A stretch of DNA of 64,000 nucleotides from Octopus vulgaris (taxonomy: Eukaryota), in assembly GCA_951406725.2 (NCBI GenBank), contig OX597819.1, positions 74,400,001 through 74,464,000 of the forward strand, in the 5' to 3' direction. The notes beneath the pieces were generated by a model that was not told the origin of the DNA, ran no database searches, and saw nothing but the letters and a program-made list of their open reading frames with translations. The translations under genes and the position numbers were made by a program. Below, in pieces: positions 26,439 to 39,162 of the stretch (the first letter of the stretch is position 1; the number at the start of each line of letters is the position of its first letter).

Positions 26439-26474
26439 TGTGATGTATATATATATATATATATATTGATATAT

Positions 26475-26653
26475 TGCTGGCTATATAAGGGTATCGCGAA
26501 AGGCTTGAGTGGAGGCCTATTGGCCAAGTTCTTTTACAGTGTTTAGAAAAACTGAAGGACCACTGCAAAAAATGTGTGAATCTGAGAGGGGAATATGTTG
26601 GATAAAATCATAATTAACTGATCTTCCTCTATTTTCTTTTAGCCAAAGCCAAG
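26475..26653 (+). mobile_element. mariner 3' end remnant
   Basis: LEKLKDHCKKCVNLRGEYVG* (mariner C-terminus) followed by TIR-like GCCAAGAACTTTTCAGCACCCCCTCG. Confidence 0.7.
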
Positions 26654-26665
26654 AACTTTTCAGCA

Positions 26666-26719
<54 letters not shown>

Positions 26720-26829
26720 CTTGTGTGTGTGTGTGTGCGCGCATGTGTGTTTTGTGTGTGTGCGAGTGTGTATGTGCGCGTGTGTGCATCCCGTCGGTTT
26801 TGACTTATGAGGGTTTGAAGAAGAGAACT

Positions 26830-28410
26830 TAAAGAGAAAGAAAGCAAAGAATAAAAGAAGATGCATCTACTTGTGATGGATGTGTGAATGTAATTTAAGT
26901 CCAGGGAATGGATTTTGCTATAAAGGTGCAATGAGGACACTGATGATTTTAATTTTGCCTGGGACTGGACAAATGTGTCACTTGGTTGCAGGATTGAATT
27001 CTTTTATTCTTTTGTTTCTTCAACTTAAATTGTTTTCATGCATCATGACACACTTTACGCCATGCAGATCGATCAAGGCAATCAATTTCTCAAGATGTCT
27101 AATTTAGCTGTAGAGACTTTAATGATTGCTTCAACTTATCCTTATATCTAAGGATGTAACTTCCCTTACTGCAGTGTTGGTCCATCAAAAGAATTTTTGG
27201 AATGGGGTCATCTTTCATTCGAACAGCATGTCCTACCCATCTGCACTGAATTCTCAGCAGCATTCTAAGATTTTGACATTTGATATCTTGCCATTTTATG
27301 TTGCAGATATTTCACAAACTGCACATGTGGAAGATTTCAGGTTTCTTTATATGTCTGACATAAGGAGTCCATGCTTCTGCCCCATACAAAATGTGCTCAA
27401 AATACAAGATTTGTAGACAGCCATTTTAGTTTACAGACTGACAACGTGTTCATCCTACAAACAATGGGAAAGTCTTCTCAAAGTATTTGTAGCCTTAGAC
27501 ATTCTAACGTTTATTTCGTCATCCAGAGTAATCTTAAAGTTTATTGTACTTCCAAGATATTTAAATGACTTGACCCATTTGAGTAGCTCTTTGACAATCA
27601 TCACATTCGAATCTTGAGTATGCCCTGTCCTAGGGTTTGCTTGGAATAAAACTTCACTCTTCTTGATGCTGATAGTCAGTTCAAATGCACAAACCGCCAC
27701 AGCAAACTGGTCAACTGTTTTCTGAATTCCCTCGAATGAATGAGAAATCGAAGCCCAAAAGTTACGCAGGATCTCTTCCTTGGTCTTTTTCTTTAATCTG
27801 AAACTTTGCCCTTTTAGGTTTAATAGACCTCCTTCTGAGCGAAACTGGAATTTTACATCTTCATTCATAGTAATCCCTGAAAGTATGTTGGAGTGTCATT
27901 GAAAACACATATGGAAAAAGGCACAGGAGCTAAAACACATCCCTGTTTGCTTCCAGTGGCAATAGAAAATGCCTCTCGACATTGACTACCAGATTTCACT
28001 GTTGCCATCATTCCTTTATGCAGGGATACCATTACCCTTATCATTTTATCAGGAAGACCAACTTTTGACAAAATTTTTCCACACCACCTCACGATTCACT
28101 GTACCAAATGCCTTGGTCAAGTCTAGAAAGGCCATGTACAAGTCAGTATTTTTGCTCACATGCTTTTTCTTGAACTTACCAGAGGGCAAAAATCATGTCA
28201 GCTGTGCCCCTCTCAGCCTGAAATCCATATTGGGATTCAGGATATATGTTATTTATTTAGATGTTTATTGATGTGGTTCAAGATCATCCTCGCAAGATTT
28301 TTTCCAGCTATGCACAACAAGCTTATTCCCCTGTGTTTATCACATACACTCTTCCCCTTGTTTTTGTACAAGTGAGTTACAGATGCATCTTTGAACTGTT
28401 GGGAAACAGA
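26830..28410 (-). mobile_element. decayed RTE-clade LINE
   Basis: PQQFKDASVTHLYKNKG...RGISLL, FLDLTKAF, TGSKQGCVLAP, FKYLGS...LDDEINVRMSKA, with many stops. Confidence 0.88.
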
Positions 28411-28707
28411 TCCAAATTGTGACATCTAAGTCACATACTGATTGGTCAAAATACAGTTCGTAAGATTCATCCTGGTGAGCCCACCGGCGGATACTGAAAG
28501 GGAAAATCTAACTATTTCATTATAGTTGTCAATTGTGAAACACAACTGTCGCTACACAAATCTGACGACTGTGAAACACATGAAAATACTACTTCAATTC
28601 AATATTGTGGAATTGTAAAAATTGTAAATAATAAAACGTGAAAATAAGATTAAGATGGAATTTCATTGATTAATTAATACACACTTCTGTACGTAATTAT
28701 ACAAACT

Positions 28708-28752
<45 letters not shown>

Positions 28753-28767
28753 TATGCAAGTACATCT

Positions 28768-28834
<67 letters not shown>

Positions 28835-29566
28835 AGTTAACAATAAATAAACACGGTATTATGTGTGTGTGTGTGTGTATAATGGGCTTCTTTCAGTTTC
28901 TGTCAAGCAAATCTATTCACAAAAAAACTTTGGTCGGCCTGTGTGTGTAATAAAAGACACTTGCCCAAGATGCCATGCAATGGGATCGAACCCGGTATTA
29001 TGTGGTTGGAAAGCAAACTTCTTACCATACAGCCACGCCTACATCTATATATGTATATATGCATGTGGTTTCTTAGACCAGACATACTTTTAAAAGGACG
29101 TCCACATAAATTGCGCTCTGGTTTTGGTGCAGCTTGGACTCATTTCTTCAGTTTCCACCCACCAAATCTACTGACGAGGTTTTGGTCGGCCCGAGCCTGT
29201 AGTGGAAGATATTTGTCCAAGGTGCCAGGCAGTAGGACTGAACCTGGAATCATATGGTGGGGAAGTGAGCTTCTTAGCGAGGGTGCATGACCTAGTGGTT
29301 TCAATTCCTAGACCAGTTGGTGTGTTACGCTCTTGAGCAAAAAATAAATGATCTCATGTCGCTCTGCGGTCACTTCAACATCAGTAAACCGTGGTAAACT
29401 GTGGTAAGCCGTGAATCTGTTGAGGGTGGGCAACATTGAATATGATGGAGCGAGGGAGTTAATGTCCGCTACATACATTTGAACACTTTAAAGCCAATCG
29501 TTCGTGCAGCAAATAATTGCAGAACTGGTCTTTCTCGGACCAAGAGATAGAGACATCATGTGTGTA

Positions 29567-29598
<32 letters not shown>

Positions 29599-30261
29599 TA
29601 TATGTGGGGTGTATGTGGGTGTGTGTGTGTGTGTGTGAGTGAGTGTGTATCTATGTGTGTGTATGTGTGTGCGTATGTGTGTGTGCGTGTTTGTGTATGT
29701 GTCTCCGCGTGTGTTTGCGTATGTGTGTGTGTATGTGAATGTATATGTATCTATGTGTTTGTATGTGTGTGTATGTGTGTGAGTGTTTGTGTGTGTCCGT
29801 GTATGTGTGTGTGTGCGCGCGCATGCATATAGGCACACATGCATACTCACATATACAGAAGCAACACAAGCCTCTGCAAAGAATAACCCCACGAGGAAGA
29901 ACATAAAAATATGTAAAACTCTAGCAGGTTCTCTCGAACGATTTCATACAAAAACACCCGTCGCCATACTTTAACATACCCCCTAAAATAGCACTTTTAT
30001 GCGAATTTTGAAACCTTTTCATTTTTTATTCTTTTACTTGCTTCAGTCTTTTGACTACGGCCATGCTGGGGCACCACCTTGAAGGATTTAACCAAACAGA
30101 TCGACCCCAATGCTTATTTTAAATTTAGTAGTTGTTCTGCGTACCTTTATCTTGTTTCGATTTGATCGCGAAATATCTTTATCCATTTCAATAGTAAATT
30201 TTATACCACTCCCAGGAGACCAGTTTTATGGGAATTGTTTGCAGTGTATTTTATGGAATAA

Positions 30262-30420
30262 ATTCGGTTGGTGCATAATTATTGCGGCTTTTTTTCAAAA
30301 CTTTTATTCGACAAAAACAACAACATGTAACAAAAACATCTTTAAATGATTATTCCGGAGAATATTCACTATCTACTTCAATTACTGTTTCCCATTTGCT
30401 TGGCAGACGGCCAGAACGTC
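30262..30420 (-). mobile_element. mariner 3' end remnant
   Basis: TIR TTCGGTTGGTGCATAATTATTGCGGCTTTTT (MADE1/Hsmar1-like). The minus strand reads RLPSKWETVIEVDSEY. Confidence 0.7.
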
Positions 30421-30705
30421 AATAATTGGGAGAGAAAATAATAAAATTTCATTTATGGCTTGTTAATGTTAGAATTCAACACGTCAGTACACGCAAACGA
30501 CAATAAACTAAGTTTGACTAACAGAAAGTATTTATTAGTATATGAAAGAGGGAAAAGAGAGGGCGTGAGAAAGAGAGCGACAGTGGATAAACAGCTAAGT
30601 TAATCATGTCATGCAGTATTTATTATATGGGAGAGAGAGAGGGTGGAGAGAGAGACAATAGATACCTGAGGTGTGAAATACTCCGAATGCTTTGTGGTAG
30701 CCATA

Positions 30706-31594
30706 CGTTGTCTGATCAATAAGCATCCAGACTATTACCATAGTAACGAAGCTAAAGCACGCAGTGTAACACCACTTGGTACAGATAGACCTTGAACTCT
30801 GCTGTACATGTGCTCTAAGTTTTAACATTCTAGCTCTCTTTCGTTGTTTACAGCAGTACTTAGAAAGAAGGTGTGTAGCGTGAGATCGTCGCATTGACTA
30901 GGATAGAAAAAGCTGAGCAGAGAATCTGCATCAAATTTTGCCAAAAGCTTGGCGATTCCTGTTCAGAGGTCTACACAAAGTTTCCAAAATGTTTTCATCC
31001 TTCTCGACACAATCAAGATCTTGTGCAACTGAAACCCGAGTGTCTTTGGTCATCTGAAAGCAGTTTTGGCTCAAACTTGGCAGACATGGGTCTAATTCCC
31101 AAATCTTCAGTGATAATGGACTGAACTGAACCGTAACTAATCTGCACATCCTCTGATAACTCACGGATGGTGATTTGACGATTTCCCCTCAAAGCTGCAC
31201 GCACATCTGCAATGTTTTTCTCAGTTCTGCTGGTTGCGGGTCTCCCAGAACGTTCATGAATATCGATATTTTTTCGGCCATCTTGGAAACGTCTGAACAA
31301 CTCGTACACTTGTGTGCGACTCATATACCCCACTTCATACACTTTCAGCAACTTTACGTAGTCCTTCAACAGGTATTGCCATGACAACTTTCTCTGTCAC
31401 GGTCAATGCGACGATCACATGCTACACACCTTCCTTCCAAGCACTGCTGTAAACAGCAGAAGTGAGCTAGAACGTTAAAGCTTAGTGCGCATGCACAACA
31501 GAGTTTAAGGTCAATCTATGCCAAGCAGCCTCACTCTGAGTGCTTTAGCTTATTTACTATAGCAACAGTCCGGATACTTATCGATCAGACGTCG
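30706..31594. mobile_element. mariner-derived element made of two inverted 5' ends
   Basis: TA flanks and about 200-bp inverted arms. The + arm encodes EQRICIKFCQKLG; the - arm encodes MSRTQVYE...ERSGRP...ITIREL...SAKFEPKLLS. Confidence 0.85.
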
Positions 31595-31917
31595 TATTTA
31601 ATCGTCTTTGAGAATACAAACATTGCTTCAAGCCTGGGTTGGCTAATATTAAAATTTAGAGCAGACATACATTTTAGCTCTCTGTGTGTATATGTGTGTA
31701 TGTATGTATGTATGTATGTATGTATGTATGTATGTATGTATGTATGTATGTATGTATGCATGCATGCATGCATGTATGTATGCATGTATGTATGTATGCA
31801 TATTTATGCATGTATGTATGTATGTATATGTATTTATGCATTTGTGTATGTGTGTATGTGTATTTATATATGTATATATATATATAGAGAGAGAGGGAGA
31901 AAGATATGTATGTGTGA

Positions 31918-31949
<32 letters not shown>

Positions 31950-32099
31950 GCATACAAATATATACACACATACACACACATACATACATACATACATGCA
32001 TGCATGCATACATACATACATACATACATACATACATACATACATACATACATACATACATACATACATACGTACGTACGTACGTACGTACATACATAG

Positions 32100-32427
32100 T
32101 TAGGGAATGAAATAGATGAAATCCAGGCTACATATGTTTCTTAGCTAAGCAGAACCTCGGGTGTAATAATTACCCCAGCGACGGATTATCCGCTAGCTAC
32201 TCGTCAGGCCAAAGATACCTTAATCAAGGGAAGTCAACATTGTTGCGAAAGTATTTGCGAATCAACATGGAACCCCTTGGCGACAATTTTGACTTATTTT
32301 GATTAAGTTATCTTTGGTGCAACGAACAGCTAGCGGATTACCTCTCGTTCGGATAATTACTACTTCTGAGGTCCTGCTAGCTATGAAACATTTCTAGCCT
32401 AGATTTTATCTCCTCTATTCCCTAATT
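32100..32427. mobile_element. imperfect foldback MITE (about 150-bp arms)
   Basis: TTAGGGAAT...ATCCGCTAGCT...CCAAAGATA versus TATCTTTGG...AGCTAGCGGAT...ATTCCCTAA. Confidence 0.75.
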
Positions 32428-32669
32428 TAGGATTTCTGTTCGCACACACAACAAATCCCTACCGCTTACCATAAGCTATGAAACAGTTTTTTTCAGCCTA
32501 TCGAAATTCGTTACGAGAAACACTTACAACCTTTTTCGCCAATAAACCGCTATTGTCCCTGAAGGTTGTTTTTTTTATACTTTCTACGGACTGTTCGAAG
32601 CTTACTGTCTTCCTACACCTTGATCCTTAGATCTTACCTTTACTTATACATCCATGCATATATACATAC

Positions 32670-32735
<66 letters not shown>

Positions 32736-32839
32736 CAAGGAAAAATTGTAAAAAGGCAAAATGCTAAATTGAAAGAAAATTTTAATGACAATGGGTGTAT
32801 GGAAAAGTTTCTGAAAAACTGATAAAATAAATATACATT

Positions 32840-32881
32840 AATTCAAACCAGTTTTCGTCATAATGTGACTTTTCAAGAATT
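32840..32881 (-). ncRNA. hammerhead motif, UUGAAAA (U3-A8) core, copy 1
   Basis: AATTC-TTGAAAA-GTCA-catta-TGAC-GAAA-ACTGGT-TT-GAATT. Confidence 0.65.
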
Positions 32882-33124
32882 GTAAAGAAAAGAAATTTTT
32901 TTAAATGTGCGGAGGGAAAAAAAAGAAAATTACATTGTTTTTTGCAAAAAAATAAAAATAAATATATACAAAAATTAAAAAATAGGTACTCCGATACATT
33001 GTAAAGTCTGTGTGTATCTTGAGTTTAATGATTGTTCACGAAAAAATGCTAAATTGAAAGAAAATTTTAATGACAATGGGTGTATGGAAAAGTTTCTGAA
33101 AAACTGATAAAATAAATATACATT

Positions 33125-33166
33125 AATTCAAACCAGTTTTCGTCATAATGTGACTTTTCAAGAATT
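33125..33166 (-). ncRNA. hammerhead motif, UUGAAAA core, copy 2
   Basis: Identical to copy 1, offset by 285 bp. Confidence 0.65.
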
Positions 33167-34551
33167 GTAAAGAAAAGAAATTTTTTTTAATGTGCGGAGG
33201 GAAAAAAAAGAAAATTACATTGTTTTTTGCAAAAAAATAAAAATAAATATATACCTTGAAGTATTGAGATCCAATGGGATTAAATCCATGTGTTGTTTAA
33301 TTTAATTAAGGGTGTCTCTTAAGTGCATGGCAAACAGGAAGTAGTAGTAGTCCAGTTCCTGTGTTGTGAATAAGGGGAGACAACTCTATGGGCTTTAAGC
33401 TCTTCAATTTATGTTCATCAATTTTTTGTAATAAAGGGTGTTAATAAACCTTAAATTATAAAATTATCATTTTAGCTTCATTTGCATTATCTTTTTTATA
33501 TAATTGTTTGCTAACTTAACATTCAGATTTTAACACTTTATTTATATTGTTTTCTAATTATATAAATTTGCATAAACCAATTTATAATTACATTTCAGAT
33601 TGTTATGTCATATATAATAAAAAAAAAAAAAATAATAATAATAATAACAATAATAATAATAATGATATTTAAAGAATATAAGTTTTAGCTTGAGGTGATG
33701 ACTGCATGGTATCCTTATATATTTATGTTAGTCCATCCATGAAGAATGAGGTAGAAAAAAGAAGTATGATCAACGAGGAGTTTGCATATTATGATGCGTT
33801 TTGAATTTTTCAGTAAAGAGATTCTCCTTGTTAGTTCTCTCCTGTGTGGTGATTCCGTCTTTACATTGGTAGAAGGGGAATATGTAGAATTTGGGATTTT
33901 TGTCTTTAGCGCATGAGTCTATGTGGTCACTCAGTGGGATTTGCCGGTATTCCGGGAGATTTATTTGTTCTTTATGCACCGCTACTCTTTTACGTAACGG
34001 GAGGCTCGTTTGTCCAACATAATTATGTTGGCAACCAGCGCATGTGAGAACGTAGATAAGGTTCTCGGAGGAACAGGAGAAGTTGGTCTTGATTTTAAAC
34101 TTCGTTCCTTGTTTGAAGATAAATTCAGAGCCTTCAAGTAGGAAGGGGCAGGTGCCACAGTTTGGGCGTGCACATTTTTTAACTGCTGGGGGTGGATGTT
34201 GTGTGTGAAGTTTGGCATTTGTCAAGAGTTTTTTAAAGATTTGTGTTGCCTTTTACATTTGAGGATTTTGTGTGTATTTATAATGTTTTTCATTTTTGGG
34301 TCTGTTGACAGTAGACTGAGGTTTTGTATGATTGTAGTGTATGCTTCGATATTTTTGGGGTTGTGGGTGGAAATGTATGGAAGTATTTTGGGGTTGTGTG
34401 TGGTGTTGGGTTGGGATGGTTTTCAGTGTAATGTTGTCTAGTTCTTTGGCGCGTTTTATTCGATACTCTATAAGGGTAGAGGGATATTGGCGTTGTAATA
34501 GTGTTTTTTTGAGGTCTTGAAGGCGTATTTCTTTTCTTTTCTTTTCTTTAC

Positions 34552-34593
34552 AATTCTTGAAAAGTCACATTATGACGAAAACCGGTTTGAATT
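34552..34593 (+). ncRNA. hammerhead motif, UUGAAAA core, inverted copy 3
   Basis: AATTC-TTGAAAA-GTCA-catta-TGAC-GAAA-ACCGGT-TT-GAATT, with a palindromic AACCGGTT stem III. Confidence 0.7.
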
Positions 34594-34744
34594 AATATAT
34601 ATATATTTTATCAATTTTTCAAAAACTTTTCCATACACCCATTTTCATTAGAATTTTCTTTCAAATTAGCATTCTGCCTTTTTACAATTTTTCCTTGATT
34701 ATCATTTCTCCACGTGCGGTCAACACAACCCCACCATTTATTGA

Positions 34745-34905
<161 letters not shown>

Positions 34906-35092
34906 CCACTATACATTCTTTATATTCTCTCCTTGTTTCTTTGTCTTCCTTTCTATGGAAGAGCGTAGGCTCGAAATGTTAAAAACTTTTTCACTTCCCG
35001 GGCGTTAAACTAATACATCTATTTGTTGTCTACACCACCTGTCTTCATCTTTTGTTTTTTGTGTGTGAACTCTTTCCCTATACATACATACA

Positions 35093-35154
<62 letters not shown>

Positions 35155-35159
<5 letters not shown>

Positions 35160-36100
35160 GTAATAAAGTTAATGTCTGGTCATAGAGTGACCATTGGTTT
35201 CGCATTCACAAAAGCTGTAACTTCCTGGACGACTCATCAGGCTCTAGTCCAAAGACAAATTTAACTCTTCACTTCTGGGAGGTAGAAATCTGTAACAGTC
35301 ATTGGTCATTTGGTCATCAGAAAATAAATAGTCCATCGTTAGTGAGGACGGATCACCTCCCGTAGACCAGTTATTTATGGACCTGGTGAGAGGAATAAGG
35401 GCTTTATCCCTTGGGTTGCTTCTGGATCGTAAGGACTCTTCTGGGCTTAGTCAGCGAACGGGGAATCCCATGCTTGCAGCAGGTAGTGATTGAAATGGAT
35501 GCATGGTGTAAAGATTTCTTGGCGAGTATTCAGCGACCCAGGTTTCATGGAATCTTTGAGGATCCTAGCTCCCTCGGCTATGCAGGGCTTGCAGCATACA
35601 CTCCCGTTGATGTAGGGTCCCGGTCGTTCTAATATCTTCCACTTGATATCGTATGGTGTCCCTTCAACTTTGAGACACCACAGATGGCTGGCCAGAGATG
35701 TGGTGAATCGTCTTTCTGAGACCCTGAAGGAGGACCTGTGGTTGTAGAAGCGTCGCTTGACTGCCGTATTTGTTGGTTGTGTTAACATTACTGGTGCATA
35801 TCCGGATGGCTCCGGGCTTGGAAATGTTGTTGCCACCGGTGTTGTTGGGGCTGCCACCGGTGTTGTTGGGGCTGCCACCGGTGTTGTTGGGGCTGCCATC
35901 AGTGCTGTTATCATTACGCTGCGCGGGTCCGGCGATGACGCCGTGGCTGCTGTCGTAGTGATTGTCATCGTTGTGGTAGCCGTCCCTGGCCGTAGGTTTG
36001 GCACTATTGTTACCGGTGGTGGTGTGTGTGCCGTCGGTGATGCGGGTGCCGTCGATAGTAATGTTGGGTGTGACCGTTCTACAATACTAAAGATATGCAA
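35155..36100 (-). mobile_element. PLE remnant (second GIY-YIG type) with 3' hammerhead
   Basis: KRRFYNHRSSF...TSLASHLWCLK...YDIKWKILER...CKPCIAE...LNTRQEIFTPCIH, with 21-bp tandem repeats at 35825-35900. Confidence 0.75.
35183..35246 (-). ncRNA. hammerhead motif
   Basis: TAGAGc-CTGATGA-(32 nt)-GAAAC-caatg-GTC-aCTCTA. One mismatch at the base of stem I. Confidence 0.65.
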
Positions 36101-36120
36101 ACATTGCTATTTATGTATTT

Positions 36121-36182
<62 letters not shown>

Positions 36183-36438
36183 TTGGTCTAGTTAGGCTGT
36201 TGCACTCACGATCGCTAGATCATGGGTTCGACTCCCAGACCGGGGAGGGGCTGTTGTGTTCATGAGCAAAACACTTCATTTCATGTTGCCCTAGAACCCT
36301 TTTCGATCAGGGTGGGGGGTATGTTAGCCTGCTCTCCTAGACAGTAGAATGGCGTCATTCGAAGACTAAAACTATGCAGAGCTCATTGTGACCAACGATG
36401 TGTAACAACATCTGACAATCTGGTTAGTCACGTGATCA

Positions 36439-36514
<76 letters not shown>

Positions 36515-38279
36515 AGAGTATTCACATTCAGGATTAAATAAAAAAGACAGCAAACGGAAAATATGACATAAATATACATCTATATAAAGACTACTTAAGT
36601 TTCATGAAGACGGCACCCATAAGTAACCCATCTGGTGAGCTATATTTAAGCTAAAATGCACGTTTGTGTCTTTTCCTTTTCTTAAAATGCAACAAAAATA
36701 TGTGCCTAAGATATAAGATTAAAAAAAAACTCGAAAAATGTTGGTAAGAAAATAGAAGAGGGGGGATGAAGGGGGCAAATGCGACTTTTTGTTGTTTTGC
36801 TTGTCAGTTGTGTTTCTTTGATCAGCAGAGCAGTTTCAGGTAAAGAAATGTAGATATTTCTTATCGAAAGATCGAGAATTGTTCTAGTGGTATTTAATGT
36901 AACAGGAATGGTTTTGTGAAGGCACGTAACTCGGTAGTTAGAGCATTTGGTTCATAATCATGATGTCGTGAGTTCGATTCCTGGCGGCACAATGTGCCCT
37001 TGATCAATACGCTGCTGCAGTTCACTCGACCGGAAAAAATGAGTTGTAACCTTTAAATCAAAGAGTTGGTACTGCCACATTCTGTGTCACGCAGAATCTC
37101 CCTGAAAACTACATTAACCGTACACATATCTGCGAAGTGCTCAGCCACTTAGTGAATTAATTTCACGAGCAGGCTGTTCCGTTGATCGGATCGACTGGAA
37201 CGCTCATCGTCGTAACCGACGGAGTGCCAGTTAAGTAAGTTTAGTGCTGTAACTCTGGCTGTATGTTGCATTGTTATAATTATTATGTTTACCTCAGACT
37301 CCACGTAATATTTCTGTAATGTTGATTTCAAATTTTGCCACAAGGGCAGCTTGGGGGAGGGGTTAAGTCGATTACATCGAGCCCAGCGCGTAGCTGGTGG
37401 TTATTTAATCGACCCCGAGAGATTGAAAGGCAAAGTTTGAACTCAGAATGTAGCGACGGGCGAAATACCGATAAACATTTCGTCCAGCGTGTTAACGGTT
37501 CTGCCAGCTCACCGATTTAATGTTTCAGTAATAATTGAACGGCAGTGATTTCACTAATTTCCATTTAATCGTTATGTTTTGCCTTTTGTGAACTGTATGA
37601 AATTCGGAAAATATCGTCCCAACCAGGCAAAGTCTTGTCGCTGGTACGTTGCTATGTAACAAACGCTTACCACAAGAACTATTGTAAATCATTCTTGTCA
37701 GTTCTATACCTCATCCCATCACTCCTAGCTAACGGCTGAGTATGGAAGTTTACACTCGATCTGTTAGGATCTGTAAAGGTGTTGACTATGGAAGGCAATA
37801 ATGCTGAGCGACCCAGAAAATGAGTACCTAACCTTTTTTGAGGGTAACGACCTGTGATAACTCGAAGCTATGACAGTCTGCTTCTGAGAAGGTGTTCTTA
37901 GTATTTTTTATTTAACTTAAGGCGGCAAGCTAGCAGAATCGTTAGCGCGTCGGCCAAAGCGCTCGGCGGCCCTTCACCTGTATCTTTACGCTCTGTGTTT
38001 AACTCCAGCCTAAGTCAACTTTGCCTTTCATCCTTTAAATAGTGCAACAAAAAAGAGTAGCAGCGCGAAATTGAAAGCCATTGGGATTTTAAACTCGCTG
38101 TTATATTATGCTGATTCTGGTCTCCATGGCTGATGAGAGGATTCCCATGCATGTCCTTCCCTGTAATCGTTCCCATGTTCCATTACGATTATCATTCTCT
38201 CTTTTTCTCTCTCTCTCTCTCTCACAACTGGTTACGTCATGTACCCATATATGCATATATATATATATATATTCTTCTT

Positions 38280-38639
38280 TATCCCCGTCTGTCTTGATAG
38301 ACAATGGGTTGCGCCAAGGGTGGGGCCTACTTTGATGATGTGCAGCGTCTGCTGTGACTGAACAGTCCAATTCTAGAGTGGCAGTCCTTGGTACAGTTGC
38401 TGCACACGAACATCGATGGGTACGTGTGGGGTGTTGCTGCAGTTGTCCTCCTCCTGTCCCGCCTGTCCAACCACAGCTGTGCTCTCCTCTCCTCAGCCAT
38501 GGAAACGCCTTTCCTCACCGTCCGACGCCAGGCAGAGCGGTCAGCAGCTGTTTCCTCCCACGTGTCCACACAGATGTTGGCAGTCCTCAGGTCGCGCTTG
38601 CACACGTCCCTGTATCGTAGCTGTGGACGTCCCTTGGGT

Positions 38640-38642
<3 letters not shown>
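38280..38642 (-). mobile_element. RTE-clade LINE 3' end
   Basis: RPKGRPQLRYRDVCKRDL...WEETAADRSAWR...FVCSNCTKDCHSRIGLFSHSRRC. Confidence 0.9.
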
Positions 38643-38682
<40 letters not shown>

Positions 38683-38852
38683 ACAAAATGGGACAAGAAC
38701 GCGAAACATCCGGACAACTAGGTGATACAACAAGGGGATAACAAAACATCCAGGAAGACGATACAAAGAAAACAAGGACGGATCATTCGAAGTTTTCTAT
38801 CTTCAGTCAAGAACCAGATTATCCTTGCAATTTCGGCTGATTATTCTTCATA

Positions 38853-38922
<70 letters not shown>

Positions 38923-39118
38923 CACGCACGCACACACACACACACTCACATATATATATATGCATATATAGGTACATGACGTCACCAACTGTGTAAAACA
39001 TGAAATACGAGAACAAACGAGTTAAATAAGCAAACAACGAGGGAAAAAATGGAAAACAGGACAAGTAACACAGAGAACGACCCCTCATCAGTTGTCGGCT
39101 GTCTATCTACTCCTCATT

Positions 39119-39162
<44 letters not shown>

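Noticed and set aside
28555-28590. CTGACGA-ctgt-GAAAC, and similar CTGGTGA at 36632 and CTGATGA at 39093(-) and 55670
   Set aside because: No supporting stem III, NUH or stem I, so they are compatible with chance or advanced decay.
38775-38850. Hammerhead-like TGAAGA...GAAATTGCAA on the minus strand
   Set aside because: The core is truncated by (TA)n and U16.1 and stem I are missing; at most a relic.
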